The translations under genes were made by a program, and so were the position numbers. Below, one piece after another: positions 17,619-27,238 of a DNA stretch of 64,000 nt. Below the pieces are notes generated by a model. It did not search any database and had not been told where the DNA came from. It saw only the letters and a list, made by a program, of their open reading frames with translations. Source of the stretch: a virus (lineage: Duplodnaviria; Caudoviricetes); IMG/VR virus record IMGVR_UViG_3300033066_001617, positions 4,145 to 68,144 of that record, one strand, 5' to 3'. Positions within the stretch are counted from its first letter, which is position 1. Each line of letters begins with the position of its first letter.

Positions 17619-19580
17619 TTAGTTGGCGACCAGATCGACGACTTCACAGACGTTGCCAGAACAGGCGATGGTCTGGCTGCCGACGGTCTGGTCGTTCTGT
17701 TCGTACAACTTCAGATCCGACCAGTCCACATTTGCGGGCACCATCTTTGAGAACTCATCGTACTGAGCTTTCGTGATGGCTTCGTAGGGCGCCTGCCGAT
17801 AGACATGATCCGCATCCGGCAGGAAACTCATGCCACAGACACTGTCGAAGTTGTCGTAGACCCAGCCCCCGACCGCCGGCCATTCATTCTCCTTGACCGT
17901 TACGGTGCAGGAGACGTTGTGGTCGGTCCAGTTGTCGGAGAAATGCTTGATCAGGTCCATCTGGGCCTTGGCGTTCATGCGAGGCGGAATGTCCGACGGC
18001 GCTGCCGCCAAGAATGAGAAGACCGCTGTCGTCTTGGGCGCCATCACATCGTCCTCGACGATGAACCCAGCGTCCGTCATGAACTGCGTCAGTGGATCGG
18101 CCTTGTCGGCACGAGCACGGCGAATGTAGTACTCAGCATGACGCTCGTGGATGCCGGAAGAAGAGTCGGTCAGCTGACTCACAGTCCCGCTGGGCTTGAC
18201 GGTCGTGACCGCGGCACTCTTCTTGATGCCGAGGGCCTTCGCGTATTCCGCATTGACCTCATGGGCGTAGGACCGAAGAGCGCCGAGCAGGATGGCGCTG
18301 TCCCGATTGGGATTCCGAACGATCGGGCAGTCCATGATGCCGGTCATGGAGACGCCCAGCAGACGCTCCTCCTCGCAATTGTGCGACCACTGATCTCTCA
18401 CGAAGCGGAACTTGGTGAAGGTGGACTGGATCGTCCCGAGGATAGTGGCGAGACGGGTTTTGCGAGCCAGGGATTCTCTGGTGTCGTTCGCCCGAAGAAC
18501 GACCTCGCTGAGATTGCAAAGCTGTAATGGGCGAAGGCTGATCTCACCGCAAGGATTCGTCCCGAACTCCTGATTGGGATCTCTCGGAAGAAGGCCGTTG
18601 CGAATACGCTCCTGGACCCCGTAGCGGCTGAAAATGCCCCGCTCGCCAGACTTGCTACGATAGAGTGAGAGCCACTCCTGCATGAACACGCCGGTCTCGG
18701 GCTTCTCGGTCGCGGCGAAGGAATTGTTCGCCAGACGGCGATGCGGATGGGTCTCCCACCAATTCCCGGACTTCGCCTCGCGCATACGGTCGTCACTGAG
18801 ATTGGACAGAGAAATCATCGCGCTGCGACGAACACCACCGACGACCACGGACTCACCAGTCTTGCAGGCGATGTCATGGCATTCGATGGACTCCAGACGC
18901 CGACCCAGAGCGTTCTGGAAGATGCGGACCGTGAAATTGAAAAGATCTTCAAGCGGCTCCGGACCAGAAGCACGACCGCCGAAAGTCTTGAGCGGCGCAC
19001 CCTTCTTCCGAAGCTGCGACGTGTCCCAGGTCGGAATGGCGCCAGCGTAGAGGAAATGGATGAGCTTGTTGAACGCCTCTGCCCAGCCGAACTTGGAGTC
19101 TTTGACGACGATATGGGTTGCCTCACCCGTACCGTTGTAGAGACGCTCCGGCACCCGCGGCAGATTCTTGATGTATTGCCGTTCCACCGAGAACCCGACG
19201 CCGGTCCCGCACATCAGGACGTAGAGGATCTCGGAAAATGCTGCGATATTGTCGATCGGAATGTAGGAGCAGTTGTAGCCGGCGAGATGATCTTTCTCCA
19301 GCGCAGCGCCGGCCGTCATGAACGCCCGCATGGACGGCATGACTTCGAGATTGGCAATGCCGTCGAAGATCTCGGTGCGAAGTTCCTTGGTATAGTTGAA
19401 CTTCGGGAAATTGGAGGCGAGATGATCGCCCATGTAATCGACGTATCGAGAAATGGTCTCTCCCCACGTCTCCCTGCGCTGCGGACTGAAGTCCCACCTG
19501 AAACGAGAGTATCGACTGATGTGGATGAACTCTTGGTACAGGGACGGAAGCGAGGGCATGACTGAAGGGAGGGTGTTCAT
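17619..19580 (-). CDS. nrdJ: class II (adenosylcobalamin-dependent) ribonucleotide reductase
   Basis: YNCSY, GTGVGFSV, GGRASGP, VGGVRRSA, TNPCGEI, CNLSE, TTVKPSGT and C-terminal Cys pair (CSGNVC); no small subunit gene nearby. Confidence 0.85.
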   Translation of the reverse strand: MNTLPSVMPSLPSLYQEFIHISRYSRFRWDFSPQRRETWGETISRYVDYMGDHLASNFPKFNYTKELRTEIFDGIANLEVMPSMRAFMTAGAALEKDHLAGYNCSYIPIDNIAAFSEILYVLMCGTGVGFSVERQYIKNLPRVPERLYNGTGEATHIVVKDSKFGWAEAFNKLIHFLYAGAIPTWDTSQLRKKGAPLKTFGGRASGPEPLEDLFNFTVRIFQNALGRRLESIECHDIACKTGESVVVGGVRRSAMISLSNLSDDRMREAKSGNWWETHPHRRLANNSFAATEKPETGVFMQEWLSLYRSKSGERGIFSRYGVQERIRNGLLPRDPNQEFGTNPCGEISLRPLQLCNLSEVVLRANDTRESLARKTRLATILGTIQSTFTKFRFVRDQWSHNCEEERLLGVSMTGIMDCPIVRNPNRDSAILLGALRSYAHEVNAEYAKALGIKKSAAVTTVKPSGTVSQLTDSSSGIHERHAEYYIRRARADKADPLTQFMTDAGFIVEDDVMAPKTTAVFSFLAAAPSDIPPRMNAKAQMDLIKHFSDNWTDHNVSCTVTVKENEWPAVGGWVYDNFDSVCGMSFLPDADHVYRQAPYEAITKAQYDEFSKMVPANVDWSDLKLYEQNDQTVGSQTIACSGNVCEVVDLVAN

Positions 19581-19609
19581 GACTACCGCCTATTGTGTCG
19601 AAGAGGGGT

Positions 19610-19638
19610 AGTATGCGCTATATGTAGTAGACGGGCAA
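19610..19638 (-). promoter_or_regulatory. sigma70-like promoter TTGCCC-N17-CATACT upstream of nrdJ
   Basis: Exact 17-bp spacer in the intergenic gap. Confidence 0.5.
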
Positions 19639-19651
19639 CCCCTAGCTTATC

Positions 19652-19912
19652 CTAGAGCGCAATATAGGCTGAAATATCAATATAAGGAGCTTCTTCGGCC
19701 AGCCTGGGCTTCACCATAGAGTCAATCCACTCCAGATACAGCGCCCTCTTTTTACCGACCTCGTAAGCAGTCTCTGGGCAAGCGTTGATCACAGTTGTGA
19801 AACGGATTCCTTGGAGTTGAGTTCCAGGGAGCACAGACCGAAAATCCCTGGTGAACATGGATTTGATGCGACCGTGAGAGTCCTCGTATGGCGGCAGAAT
19901 GAGAAGTTTCAT
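19652..19912 (-). CDS. hypothetical protein
   Basis: 86-aa ORF, coupled. Confidence 0.55.
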   Translation of the reverse strand: MKLLILPPYEDSHGRIKSMFTRDFRSVLPGTQLQGIRFTTVINACPETAYEVGKKRALYLEWIDSMVKPRLAEEAPYIDISAYIAL

Positions 19913-20346
19913 CCTTCACGTTTCCTCTTCACGATCGCGCAGATGTCCTCGAAGAGCATCCGAGCAGAGATAAATGCCAGTCGGACGTCTCTCCGTCTGG
20001 GCATTTCGGCGAATTCATCCTCGACCATCACTTTGACAATGCTACTGGTTTCATCATTCTCTTTGAAAATATGAACTGTCATCCACAGAAAGGGATGGGC
20101 CGCTTCTGAGCTATAACGATTCGCATGGGCCTTCGGATTGTTCCGACGAAAACCCAGCCAGTGCGTGACCTTGATCAAATCCTGAACAAGCTGATACATT
20201 CCAGACGGACTATTCTCTTCATCACGGAGATCGTACGATGTACTGATTAATGTTCCGTCTGCGTCATAGTCCAACGTAATCGTCCGAGAATAGGCGATCT
20301 GTGCTTTCTTTTCCTGTCTCTTATCCTGGAGAGAAACAATGTTCAT
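19909..20346 (-). CDS. hypothetical protein
   Basis: 145-aa ORF coupled to terL. Confidence 0.55.
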   Translation of the reverse strand: MNIVSLQDKRQEKKAQIAYSRTITLDYDADGTLISTSYDLRDEENSPSGMYQLVQDLIKVTHWLGFRRNNPKAHANRYSSEAAHPFLWMTVHIFKENDETSSIVKVMVEDEFAEMPRRRDVRLAFISARMLFEDICAIVKRKREG

Positions 20347-21839
20347 CCACCGATTCGTCCCACTCTGATACGCTTCTTGACCTTGCGGTTTGCCCAGATG
20401 AGGAACTGAGAGCTCATGTCCACCTGGTCGTCACCACTGATAGCGCCTGGGTAGTTGACAAGCTCTTCGATATAGAGCTCCTTCCAATCTGCTTTTTCAG
20501 GAAGTAGCACGCGGGCGGCCTCATATGTAGGGCTTACGGCCTCAAACCTATCCCTCTTAGATCCATGCTTCTCAGGATTAAACTTGAAGATATTGATCGG
20601 TGTGCCGGCCAGCTTGAGATTCTGAATGACGAAGGCACCGGCAGATTTGTTTTCGATCAACGTTCCGCTGACACCGTCTGTGTGATACCACTTGACGACA
20701 TTGGCTTCGATCTCTCGGAAAGTCCACCGGCCGCGTCGGACGTTCAGCAGATAGTATTTTCCATCGTGAACGCCCCAAGTTCCGCAGACTGTCGGGTTCG
20801 CCTTCTCAGCGTCGGACCCAGCCGTATCCCAGGAATGATACTTCCGCATATTGGGCGGAAGTTCATTTTCACGGAAAGTGTGCTTGAGATGTTCTCGCTC
20901 AACGATGTTGCCAGACTCAGCTGTTGGAGAGCATTGATACATGCTCTCCCAGTCTTTGATCGGCATACCGCCGTTTTTGATCTTGAGCAGTGCAGAGATT
21001 GGCTGCCACTCTGGCCAGAGAGCCTCACCAATCTCACGGCCCATGGCGTCTGTCGCCGGATCCTTACACAGAGCCGGTAGTTCCAGATAATCCCACTGAC
21101 CTCCATCTTTTTGGATGCCTTCCGTGGAAATAAGATTGCCGATAAGATCCATCTGGGTCCATCGGGTCGCGATAATGATGACAGACGCTTGTGGCTTGAT
21201 ACGAGTCATAGCATCGCTATACCACCACTCTAGCAGAGTTTCCTGCTTGACTGGTGACTCGGCATCTCCCCGACCACGGATTGGGTCATCAACGATAAGA
21301 AGGTCGGCACGATGTCCGGAAATACCGCCGCCGACACCGATGGAAAGGTACTCAACCCCTGTATTCAGAGCCCATGAGCCGATGGACTTATTGTTCTGTG
21401 CCAGTTCGACATCGGAGAATACTTTCCCGTAATTGGGATTCGCGACAACGGCTCGAACCTTACGGGCGAAATTATCAGCGAGCTTCTTCGTATGGCTGAC
21501 TGTGACCAGTTTATACTCAGGCATCACCTGCCCGAGTATCCAGGCAGATAAAGCGACCGTGCTGTACGTGGATTTCGCCGACCCGGGAGGGGCGGAGATG
21601 ATGATACGAAGACCCGGTGTTGTCAGCACCGGCATGATTTTATTGATGATCAAACGATGGTGACGGGCGGGTGTGAAGCCCATCACGTATTGAGCAAATG
21701 AGCCGAGATCCGCCTTGGCGTCCTCTCTCTTCTTTAATTCGGCAAGAAGTTGCTCAAAGAGTTCCCGATCTACTGGTTTCGGTTGAACTCTCTCCTCAAA
21801 TCGAGATCTTGGATTGATATTTCCGCCGAATCTATTCAA
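20343..21839 (-). CDS. terL: terminase large subunit
   Basis: Walker A-like ISAPPGSAKST, Walker B LIVDDP, IIIATRW, nuclease SWDTA and DDQVD. Confidence 0.9.
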   Translation of the reverse strand: MNRFGGNINPRSRFEERVQPKPVDRELFEQLLAELKKREDAKADLGSFAQYVMGFTPARHHRLIINKIMPVLTTPGLRIIISAPPGSAKSTYSTVALSAWILGQVMPEYKLVTVSHTKKLADNFARKVRAVVANPNYGKVFSDVELAQNNKSIGSWALNTGVEYLSIGVGGGISGHRADLLIVDDPIRGRGDAESPVKQETLLEWWYSDAMTRIKPQASVIIIATRWTQMDLIGNLISTEGIQKDGGQWDYLELPALCKDPATDAMGREIGEALWPEWQPISALLKIKNGGMPIKDWESMYQCSPTAESGNIVEREHLKHTFRENELPPNMRKYHSWDTAGSDAEKANPTVCGTWGVHDGKYYLLNVRRGRWTFREIEANVVKWYHTDGVSGTLIENKSAGAFVIQNLKLAGTPINIFKFNPEKHGSKRDRFEAVSPTYEAARVLLPEKADWKELYIEELVNYPGAISGDDQVDMSSQFLIWANRKVKKRIRVGRIGG

Positions 21840-22647
21840 CGTTGTGCTTCTGTGGTTCGTATGGCTCTAGCTTATCTGCGATCCCGCGCTGCACGACGCG
21901 AGAATGTTTCAGAATACCAGAGCTCTTGCGGTTCCCGAAGAACGAACGCTGGGAACCATCTTTATAGTCTTTTCCCCCTTGGCTATCATCCTCCTCTTCA
22001 GCATCCTCCTCAGGAAGCGGTTCCACATCCAGAACCTTGGGCGGAGTGATGCCCTTCTGCATGGCTTTTTCGACGTATTCCCGAAGCTCTTTCGTATCCA
22101 TCTCACTGATGGGCTTATCAGGTTCGCCCAGGAGCTCCTGGTTCTTCTGTTCGATCAGATTCATCTCGTAGGCGCTCAGGCGAGTGTAGAAGCCTGCGGC
22201 CTCGCCACGAGACCGTTCGGCGCCGAGAGCGGTCTTGTTGTCGCCCTTCGCCAGAGCTCGATCTCGGATATCACCCAACGAGCGAAGATGCTGCTCAAGG
22301 GTCAGTCCGACGTTCTGCCGGGCCTGAAGAATGAGGCTCTTGAGAAAACGTTGGACGGCTGGCTTCTGTAGAAGTCGAGTCGCTGTCCTCTTGGGAAAGT
22401 TAGTCTGCAGCCCGACCTGAACGATTGCAGCCGTGGGATTTTGATAGACGAGGAAATGCTCAACGAAAGCCATTTCTTTTTCGCTGAGGCCATCCTCTTC
22501 GAATTGGTTATCGAAATATTCACTCTCAAAACGTGGATCCCTACCGAAGAGCTCTTCCTGTTCTTTGGCGAGTGCCACGGTCCGACGAACTTGTTCGTCG
22601 ACTTCCTTCTGTGCAATCTCCTCAGCCGAAAGCTCTTCGGTCATCAT
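21832..22647 (-). CDS. terS: terminase small subunit-like protein
   Basis: LSEKEMAFVEHFLVYQNPTAA HTH-like segment; LEQHLRSLGDIRDRA...ALGAERSRGEAAGFY; overlaps terL. Confidence 0.65.
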   Translation of the reverse strand: MMTEELSAEEIAQKEVDEQVRRTVALAKEQEELFGRDPRFESEYFDNQFEEDGLSEKEMAFVEHFLVYQNPTAAIVQVGLQTNFPKRTATRLLQKPAVQRFLKSLILQARQNVGLTLEQHLRSLGDIRDRALAKGDNKTALGAERSRGEAAGFYTRLSAYEMNLIEQKNQELLGEPDKPISEMDTKELREYVEKAMQKGITPPKVLDVEPLPEEDAEEEDDSQGGKDYKDGSQRSFFGNRKSSGILKHSRVVQRGIADKLEPYEPQKHNVE

Positions 22648-22687
22648 AACCTCCAGGATAACTTGGAAATTTCAGTTGAGCAAGGAC

Positions 22688-23272
22688 TCAGGCAGCGGCC
22701 CGGAGTGCCTTGAGCCTGCGGTAAACTGCCAGACAGGCAGTGGCGTCGGCCTTGGCTCGATGGGCGTCCTTGAAACCAGCCGGATCAACCAGGATCTGGT
22801 AGGCTTCCTGCATGGAGGGCCACTTGAAGCCGGTTGGCCTCTTCGGATTTGGTATCTTGCAGATGTCGGTCGAATTCCGCATGGTGCAGAACTGACGCTT
22901 CTGGTCGAATTGGTTCGCACCCTGATTCTGACGCAGGTAAGCGACCTGCATCATCTTGAGATCGAACTCAGTATTGTGCGTGACGACCTGATCCGCCTGT
23001 TTGAGAACATTGTTGAAGAATGCCATGGCGACCCGCTGGGAGACGCCGAAATTGTTCAGCATCTCATGGGTGATACCATGTGCCTTGAAAGCGCCAGGCG
23101 CAATGGGTCTCTCCGTCTGGACGAAAAGCTCCATATCTCCCATAATGAGATCAGTATCCTCATCAAGAAGATACCATGCGATCTGAATCACATCGGGTTG
23201 ATCTGGATGATCCAGAGGCTTCTTGAAATCGAACATATCGCTGGTTTCGGTGTCGAAAATGAGCGAACGCAT
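22688..23272 (-). CDS. DEDDh 3'-5' exonuclease (DnaQ/epsilon-like)
   Basis: IFDTETS, HNTEFD, AHRAKADA. Confidence 0.9.
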   Translation of the reverse strand: MRSLIFDTETSDMFDFKKPLDHPDQPDVIQIAWYLLDEDTDLIMGDMELFVQTERPIAPGAFKAHGITHEMLNNFGVSQRVAMAFFNNVLKQADQVVTHNTEFDLKMMQVAYLRQNQGANQFDQKRQFCTMRNSTDICKIPNPKRPTGFKWPSMQEAYQILVDPAGFKDAHRAKADATACLAVYRRLKALRAAA

Positions 23273-23338
23273 GGTACCTCACATCTGCATGGAAATGCAG
23301 TATGCTTTCGCTCTGATCGTTTCACAAGTGATTTCGGT

Positions 23339-24529
23339 TCAAGGTTGAAGATAGGTGCAGTGTTGGGCAGCTCGTGTCAGCCCGGTATAGAGCCAGTTGT
23401 CATAATCCATTTTGTTCTTATTCCAGTCATCAATGAGAAGCACCTTATTCCATTCCGATCCCTGTGACTTATGCACAGTGATCGCGTAGCCGTATGTCAT
23501 CTGAACCATGCCGAATGGTGCATGGGCTTTCTCATCGTTGAAAAGAGGCACAAAGCATCGAAGATCTTCGAATAGATTTCCGTACTGGTCTTTCACATCC
23601 AACTTGGCTGTGACCCGATTGATCCTCATGGATCGAACAACAACGAACGTCTCTCCATTGGAGATATCGTGTTCTTCAGAATTGGAAAGACAGATAACTC
23701 GTTCCCCAGGCATCGGGATTTCTCCCTTGAAACCGTGGAGATCTCGCATATACGAATTGACTTTGAGACGAGTCTCGTTGCGACCACACAGAATAACGTC
23801 CATATCCGCGTATTCTTGCGGAGTCAATTCTTTGGGTCGAACGATACGCATCCCAGGACCGGGGCCGAAATTCCTACGCTGGCGGACTAGAGTCGCTGCG
23901 TTGACGATACCAATCGTCTCATCACCCTGCTGGCGAACGATATCAGTGAGAAGGAAATGTGGACGCATCGCGGCCCAATAGGGGAGCATCTTGACTGGCT
24001 GAAGCTGAAATGGATCGAAAGTGACAAGAATGGGAATCCGTAAAGACTCCATATCCTTGGCAATGCGATCTCCGACCATGGAACCTTCGTCGCAGGTCAA
24101 GAAGTCAGGATCACCGTCGATGCTACCTTTGAATGTGAACTTAGCATCCTCCTTGGTCAATTCCTTGAGTCGAGCTTCCAAGAGCTTGTAGGTTTCCGAC
24201 TCTGGGTTATCGACGTAGGCCGCCATCTCCTTTCGTATTTCGCTGATGGCGTCCTTGACCGGTTTGTACATCGCCTTGTGACAGGTCCAGGCCGGCATTC
24301 CGGTCTTGTGTTCAAGAACTCGTGCAGACTTTCCGGTTGGACCCAGGAGCATTGGATAATTGAAACCGAGATCGGATATCTTCTCGAGCACGGTTTTGAC
24401 GAGCCAGGTTTTTCCCGTTCCTGCAAACCCAGCAAGAAGGAAAGTATAATCGGGATTCTCTAGCCAATGAAGAATCTTATCGAGGGCAGTCTGCTGTTGT
24501 CCACGAAGGACACGTTCTGCGACGTTCAT
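23339..24529 (-). CDS. RecD/Dda-like SF1 helicase
   Basis: GFAGTGKT, GPTGKSA, DEGSM, DPFQLQPV, YAITVHKSQGSEW, YTGLTRA. Confidence 0.9.
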   Translation of the reverse strand: MNVAERVLRGQQQTALDKILHWLENPDYTFLLAGFAGTGKTWLVKTVLEKISDLGFNYPMLLGPTGKSARVLEHKTGMPAWTCHKAMYKPVKDAISEIRKEMAAYVDNPESETYKLLEARLKELTKEDAKFTFKGSIDGDPDFLTCDEGSMVGDRIAKDMESLRIPILVTFDPFQLQPVKMLPYWAAMRPHFLLTDIVRQQGDETIGIVNAATLVRQRRNFGPGPGMRIVRPKELTPQEYADMDVILCGRNETRLKVNSYMRDLHGFKGEIPMPGERVICLSNSEEHDISNGETFVVVRSMRINRVTAKLDVKDQYGNLFEDLRCFVPLFNDEKAHAPFGMVQMTYGYAITVHKSQGSEWNKVLLIDDWNKNKMDYDNWLYTGLTRAAQHCTYLQP

Positions 24530-24984
24530 CGTACCCGCCTGCGTTTCCGTGGTGTGGCCGTCATTTCTGCGAGAATTTGTTCAACCTTATCAAATTCCGT
24601 ACCCCAGTATTCAATTCGAATACGAGCTTCATCTCTCACTTTTATGAAATGATGTAGAATATCCTCATCGCAGTCTATTTCTTCACGAAGAACATTGCAT
24701 GTGAATCTCGTCTGTCCCCAGGAATCCTGAGTAAAACTTGGAGTCCCAGCGACTTTCTGGTGTTGTATCTGGGAAAGGACTTCCTTCGTGCTCTGGAAGA
24801 CGTTTTCCTCTTCAGGCATGAGGTGCTGAGGTTGCAATTCACCCTTGACGAAACGAGCTTTGGTAGCTTCATCTGGAATACGATGAAACTCAATTTCACA
24901 GAGTTTGCTCAGCACAGCGAGAGTGATGCCGTAAATGGCGTTCACTTCATTGCTCGTGAACTTGAGTACGACCAACCTGCTCAT
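24526..24984 (-). CDS. hypothetical protein
   Basis: 152-aa ORF, coupled on both sides. Confidence 0.55.
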   Translation of the reverse strand: MSRLVVLKFTSNEVNAIYGITLAVLSKLCEIEFHRIPDEATKARFVKGELQPQHLMPEEENVFQSTKEVLSQIQHQKVAGTPSFTQDSWGQTRFTCNVLREEIDCDEDILHHFIKVRDEARIRIEYWGTEFDKVEQILAEMTATPRKRRRVR

Positions 24985-25409
24985 GGCGGATAAGCAGACG
25001 GCCAGACGTAAGGGAGAAAATGCGAAACGTCAGGGAATTTCGCGCTATAGAAAGCCGGGTCTTTCCGTATGAGATTTGATTGATGTGACATATGGAAAGC
25101 AGGATCACCATACCACCACGGCTTCAGCCCGGGAGGTACTACAGATTCATCTTGAAAAGGGGAATTCGGCACGAGCGTGTTGCGATAGCCACGAGAGACC
25201 CATTCTGCAATCGCCATCGCACGATAAAATTCCAGGAAGTCGACGTATCGCAACCACATCTGCGCCGCCGGGTGATTGAACCAGCCGCCACCGCGGGCTC
25301 GTATGGCCGTGATGAGTTGTCCGGCTTCTATTCTTTGTTTCCCGAGGCGTCTATAATCCAACGCCTGCATGCTCTTCGCTACGTCTGGATACGGCAAGAA
25401 TGTCTGCAA
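24981..25409 (-). CDS. pyrimidine-dimer DNA glycosylase family (MSMEG_6728-like)
   Basis: MQTFLPY...LDYRRLGKQRIEA...NHPAAQMW...SHQSNLIRKDP. Confidence 0.8.
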   Translation of the reverse strand: MQTFLPYPDVAKSMQALDYRRLGKQRIEAGQLITAIRARGGGWFNHPAAQMWLRYVDFLEFYRAMAIAEWVSRGYRNTLVPNSPFQDESVVPPGLKPWWYGDPAFHMSHQSNLIRKDPAFYSAKFPDVSHFLPYVWPSAYPP

Positions 25410-25564
25410 GACGGCCTCTCCTGTTGGGCTGTAGGCCCATTATAGCACGCGCAATATTCTAACGTTTATCGCGGTTGTCTAGTAAGAAATGGTATGAGTT
25501 TTCCTGGGAATTGTAGACAGGAACGTAAAGTTGGCGCGTTTCACTTGGTCAGGTCGGTCACCGA

Positions 25565-26482
25565 TCAAGTTTGATAAATGAACCCGGACATCATGTCCTC
25601 TGGAGATTGCAACTTGCGGAACGAATCCAGCCAGGTCGGCCAGTCCTTCGTCAACGAGCGAAATTCATACTTGGTGAAGAGAGGCAGAATTTCGTCTGGA
25701 TTGTGCGCTCCCATCGAAAGATTCGGCTGAGGAATATCCTCGCCGCGATGAAGATCGATCAGTTTCAAATTCTGCTGATACTGCTCTGTCCGCATAAATT
25801 CTTCGATCTGCTCAACGATGCCCTTGCCGAGAAATGAGATCTGTTGGGTACGATCCACGGAATTGAGATAGATACAGGCTCGTACAAAGCCCAGACGTGG
25901 AACGCCTCGAATGTTGTCCGAATCTCTTGAGAGTGCCTTGGCTTCGGCGAGTCGCCCAGGAGGAACACCGATGAGCTTCTCGAAATTCCCGCGATGGAGA
26001 AGCTTCTCAGAATCCTTCTTCGCCCTGGGTCGATAGACCTGAGTGTTCGGCCCGACGAGCTGTGCCCAGTCGTCGTCATTGGATACGAGAGTGAGATAGT
26101 CGTTTTTATGAATGATCTTCACGCGGAGTGCGAGATCATCGGCTTCGGTATTGTTGGCTCGAATATTGATGACGTGGAGATGCTGAAGCACCTCCTGGAT
26201 CATCGTAATCTGTTCTTTGTAAGTTGCCCAGAAGCCTGTCGGATCCGAGCGATCCCGATCTGCCTTATATTCTGGATACTCTGTGTGACGCCAGGAATTC
26301 TTCGTATCAGTATCCCAGCAAAGATAGACACGGTTCGCGTCGAACTTGTCGATGTACGACTTCAGAGCGCGGAAGAATTGGAAGACACCGCCGGCGTAGA
26401 TGCCGGTAGTCGTCTTCAGATTCTTCCCGGCCGAGTAGCATGCGATCGCAATAGAGTTCGCATCGACTGCAACGACATTCAT
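25565..26482 (-). CDS. 5'-3' exonuclease / flap endonuclease (PolI N-terminal-like)
   Basis: VDANS, YPEYKADR, EADDLA, SNDDDW, DSDNIRGVP. Confidence 0.9.
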   Translation of the reverse strand: MNVVAVDANSIAIACYSAGKNLKTTTGIYAGGVFQFFRALKSYIDKFDANRVYLCWDTDTKNSWRHTEYPEYKADRDRSDPTGFWATYKEQITMIQEVLQHLHVINIRANNTEADDLALRVKIIHKNDYLTLVSNDDDWAQLVGPNTQVYRPRAKKDSEKLLHRGNFEKLIGVPPGRLAEAKALSRDSDNIRGVPRLGFVRACIYLNSVDRTQQISFLGKGIVEQIEEFMRTEQYQQNLKLIDLHRGEDIPQPNLSMGAHNPDEILPLFTKYEFRSLTKDWPTWLDSFRKLQSPEDMMSGFIYQT

Positions 26483-26551
26483 AGGTGTCACCCCTGCCAA
26501 AAAGCCTAATGTTTACAATGGGTTAGCGGGTGCCCATTGAAGATACCGCAA

Positions 26552-26570
26552 AAACGTGCCAGTACGGGCG
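26552..26570. repeat. dispersed intergenic repeat AAACGTGCCAGTACGGGCG, copy 2
   Basis: 18/19 identical to 7525-7543; two more TGGCACG half-sites follow within about 60 bp. Confidence 0.8.
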
Positions 26571-26710
26571 GCATTTTTGCCCTACCGAAACCCTATGGCA
26601 TGGCACGAAACCGCGCCGTGGCACGCTTGCAGCGGGCGCATTTAAGCACGGGCGCCCCGTTTTGGTAGCAAATGCCATCTTGTGACCACTGCAAGCGTCC
26701 ACGGATGCGC

Positions 26711-27238
26711 CTACGACTTGGAGGGCTCTCCCTGGGTCTCCGCCGACGGCTTTTCGGCCTCTGCAACCGGCTCTGGCTTGGGCTCCAGGAAGCCGCTGCG
26801 ATCCACAGGCGGCTTGTCGCTCGAGCCGAAGCCACCCTCGCCACGCGCCGTCTCGTTGATGCTGGAGACCTCGAGCATCACCGGAACATGCACGGAATGG
26901 AAGACGGCCTGGGCGATCTTGTCTCCGGCGGCGGCCGCGAAGTTCTTCGTGCCGGTGTTGATGAGGACGACCTTGACCTCACCACGATAGTCAGGATCGA
27001 CGACGCCGCAGCCGACGATGATGCCTTGCTTCGCGGCGAGACCGCTGCGGGCTTCGACCTTCATCCACAGGTGCGGCGGAATCTCGAACTTGAGGCCGGT
27101 CGGAACGGCGAGACGCTCACCCGGCGCCAGATTGAAGGGCTCGACGCAGAAGAGGTCGAACCCAACAGAGTCGACCGAACCGTGCTCCGGCATCTTTGCA
27201 TTCTCGTGACACTTCAGAACCTTGAGAACAGTGCTCAT
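26711..27238 (-). CDS. dut: trimeric dUTPase
   Basis: GFDL, RSGLAAKQG, GVVDPDYRGE, GDKIAQAV, RGEGGFGSS. Confidence 0.95.
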   Translation of the reverse strand: MSTVLKVLKCHENAKMPEHGSVDSVGFDLFCVEPFNLAPGERLAVPTGLKFEIPPHLWMKVEARSGLAAKQGIIVGCGVVDPDYRGEVKVVLINTGTKNFAAAAGDKIAQAVFHSVHVPVMLEVSSINETARGEGGFGSSDKPPVDRSGFLEPKPEPVAEAEKPSAETQGEPSKS

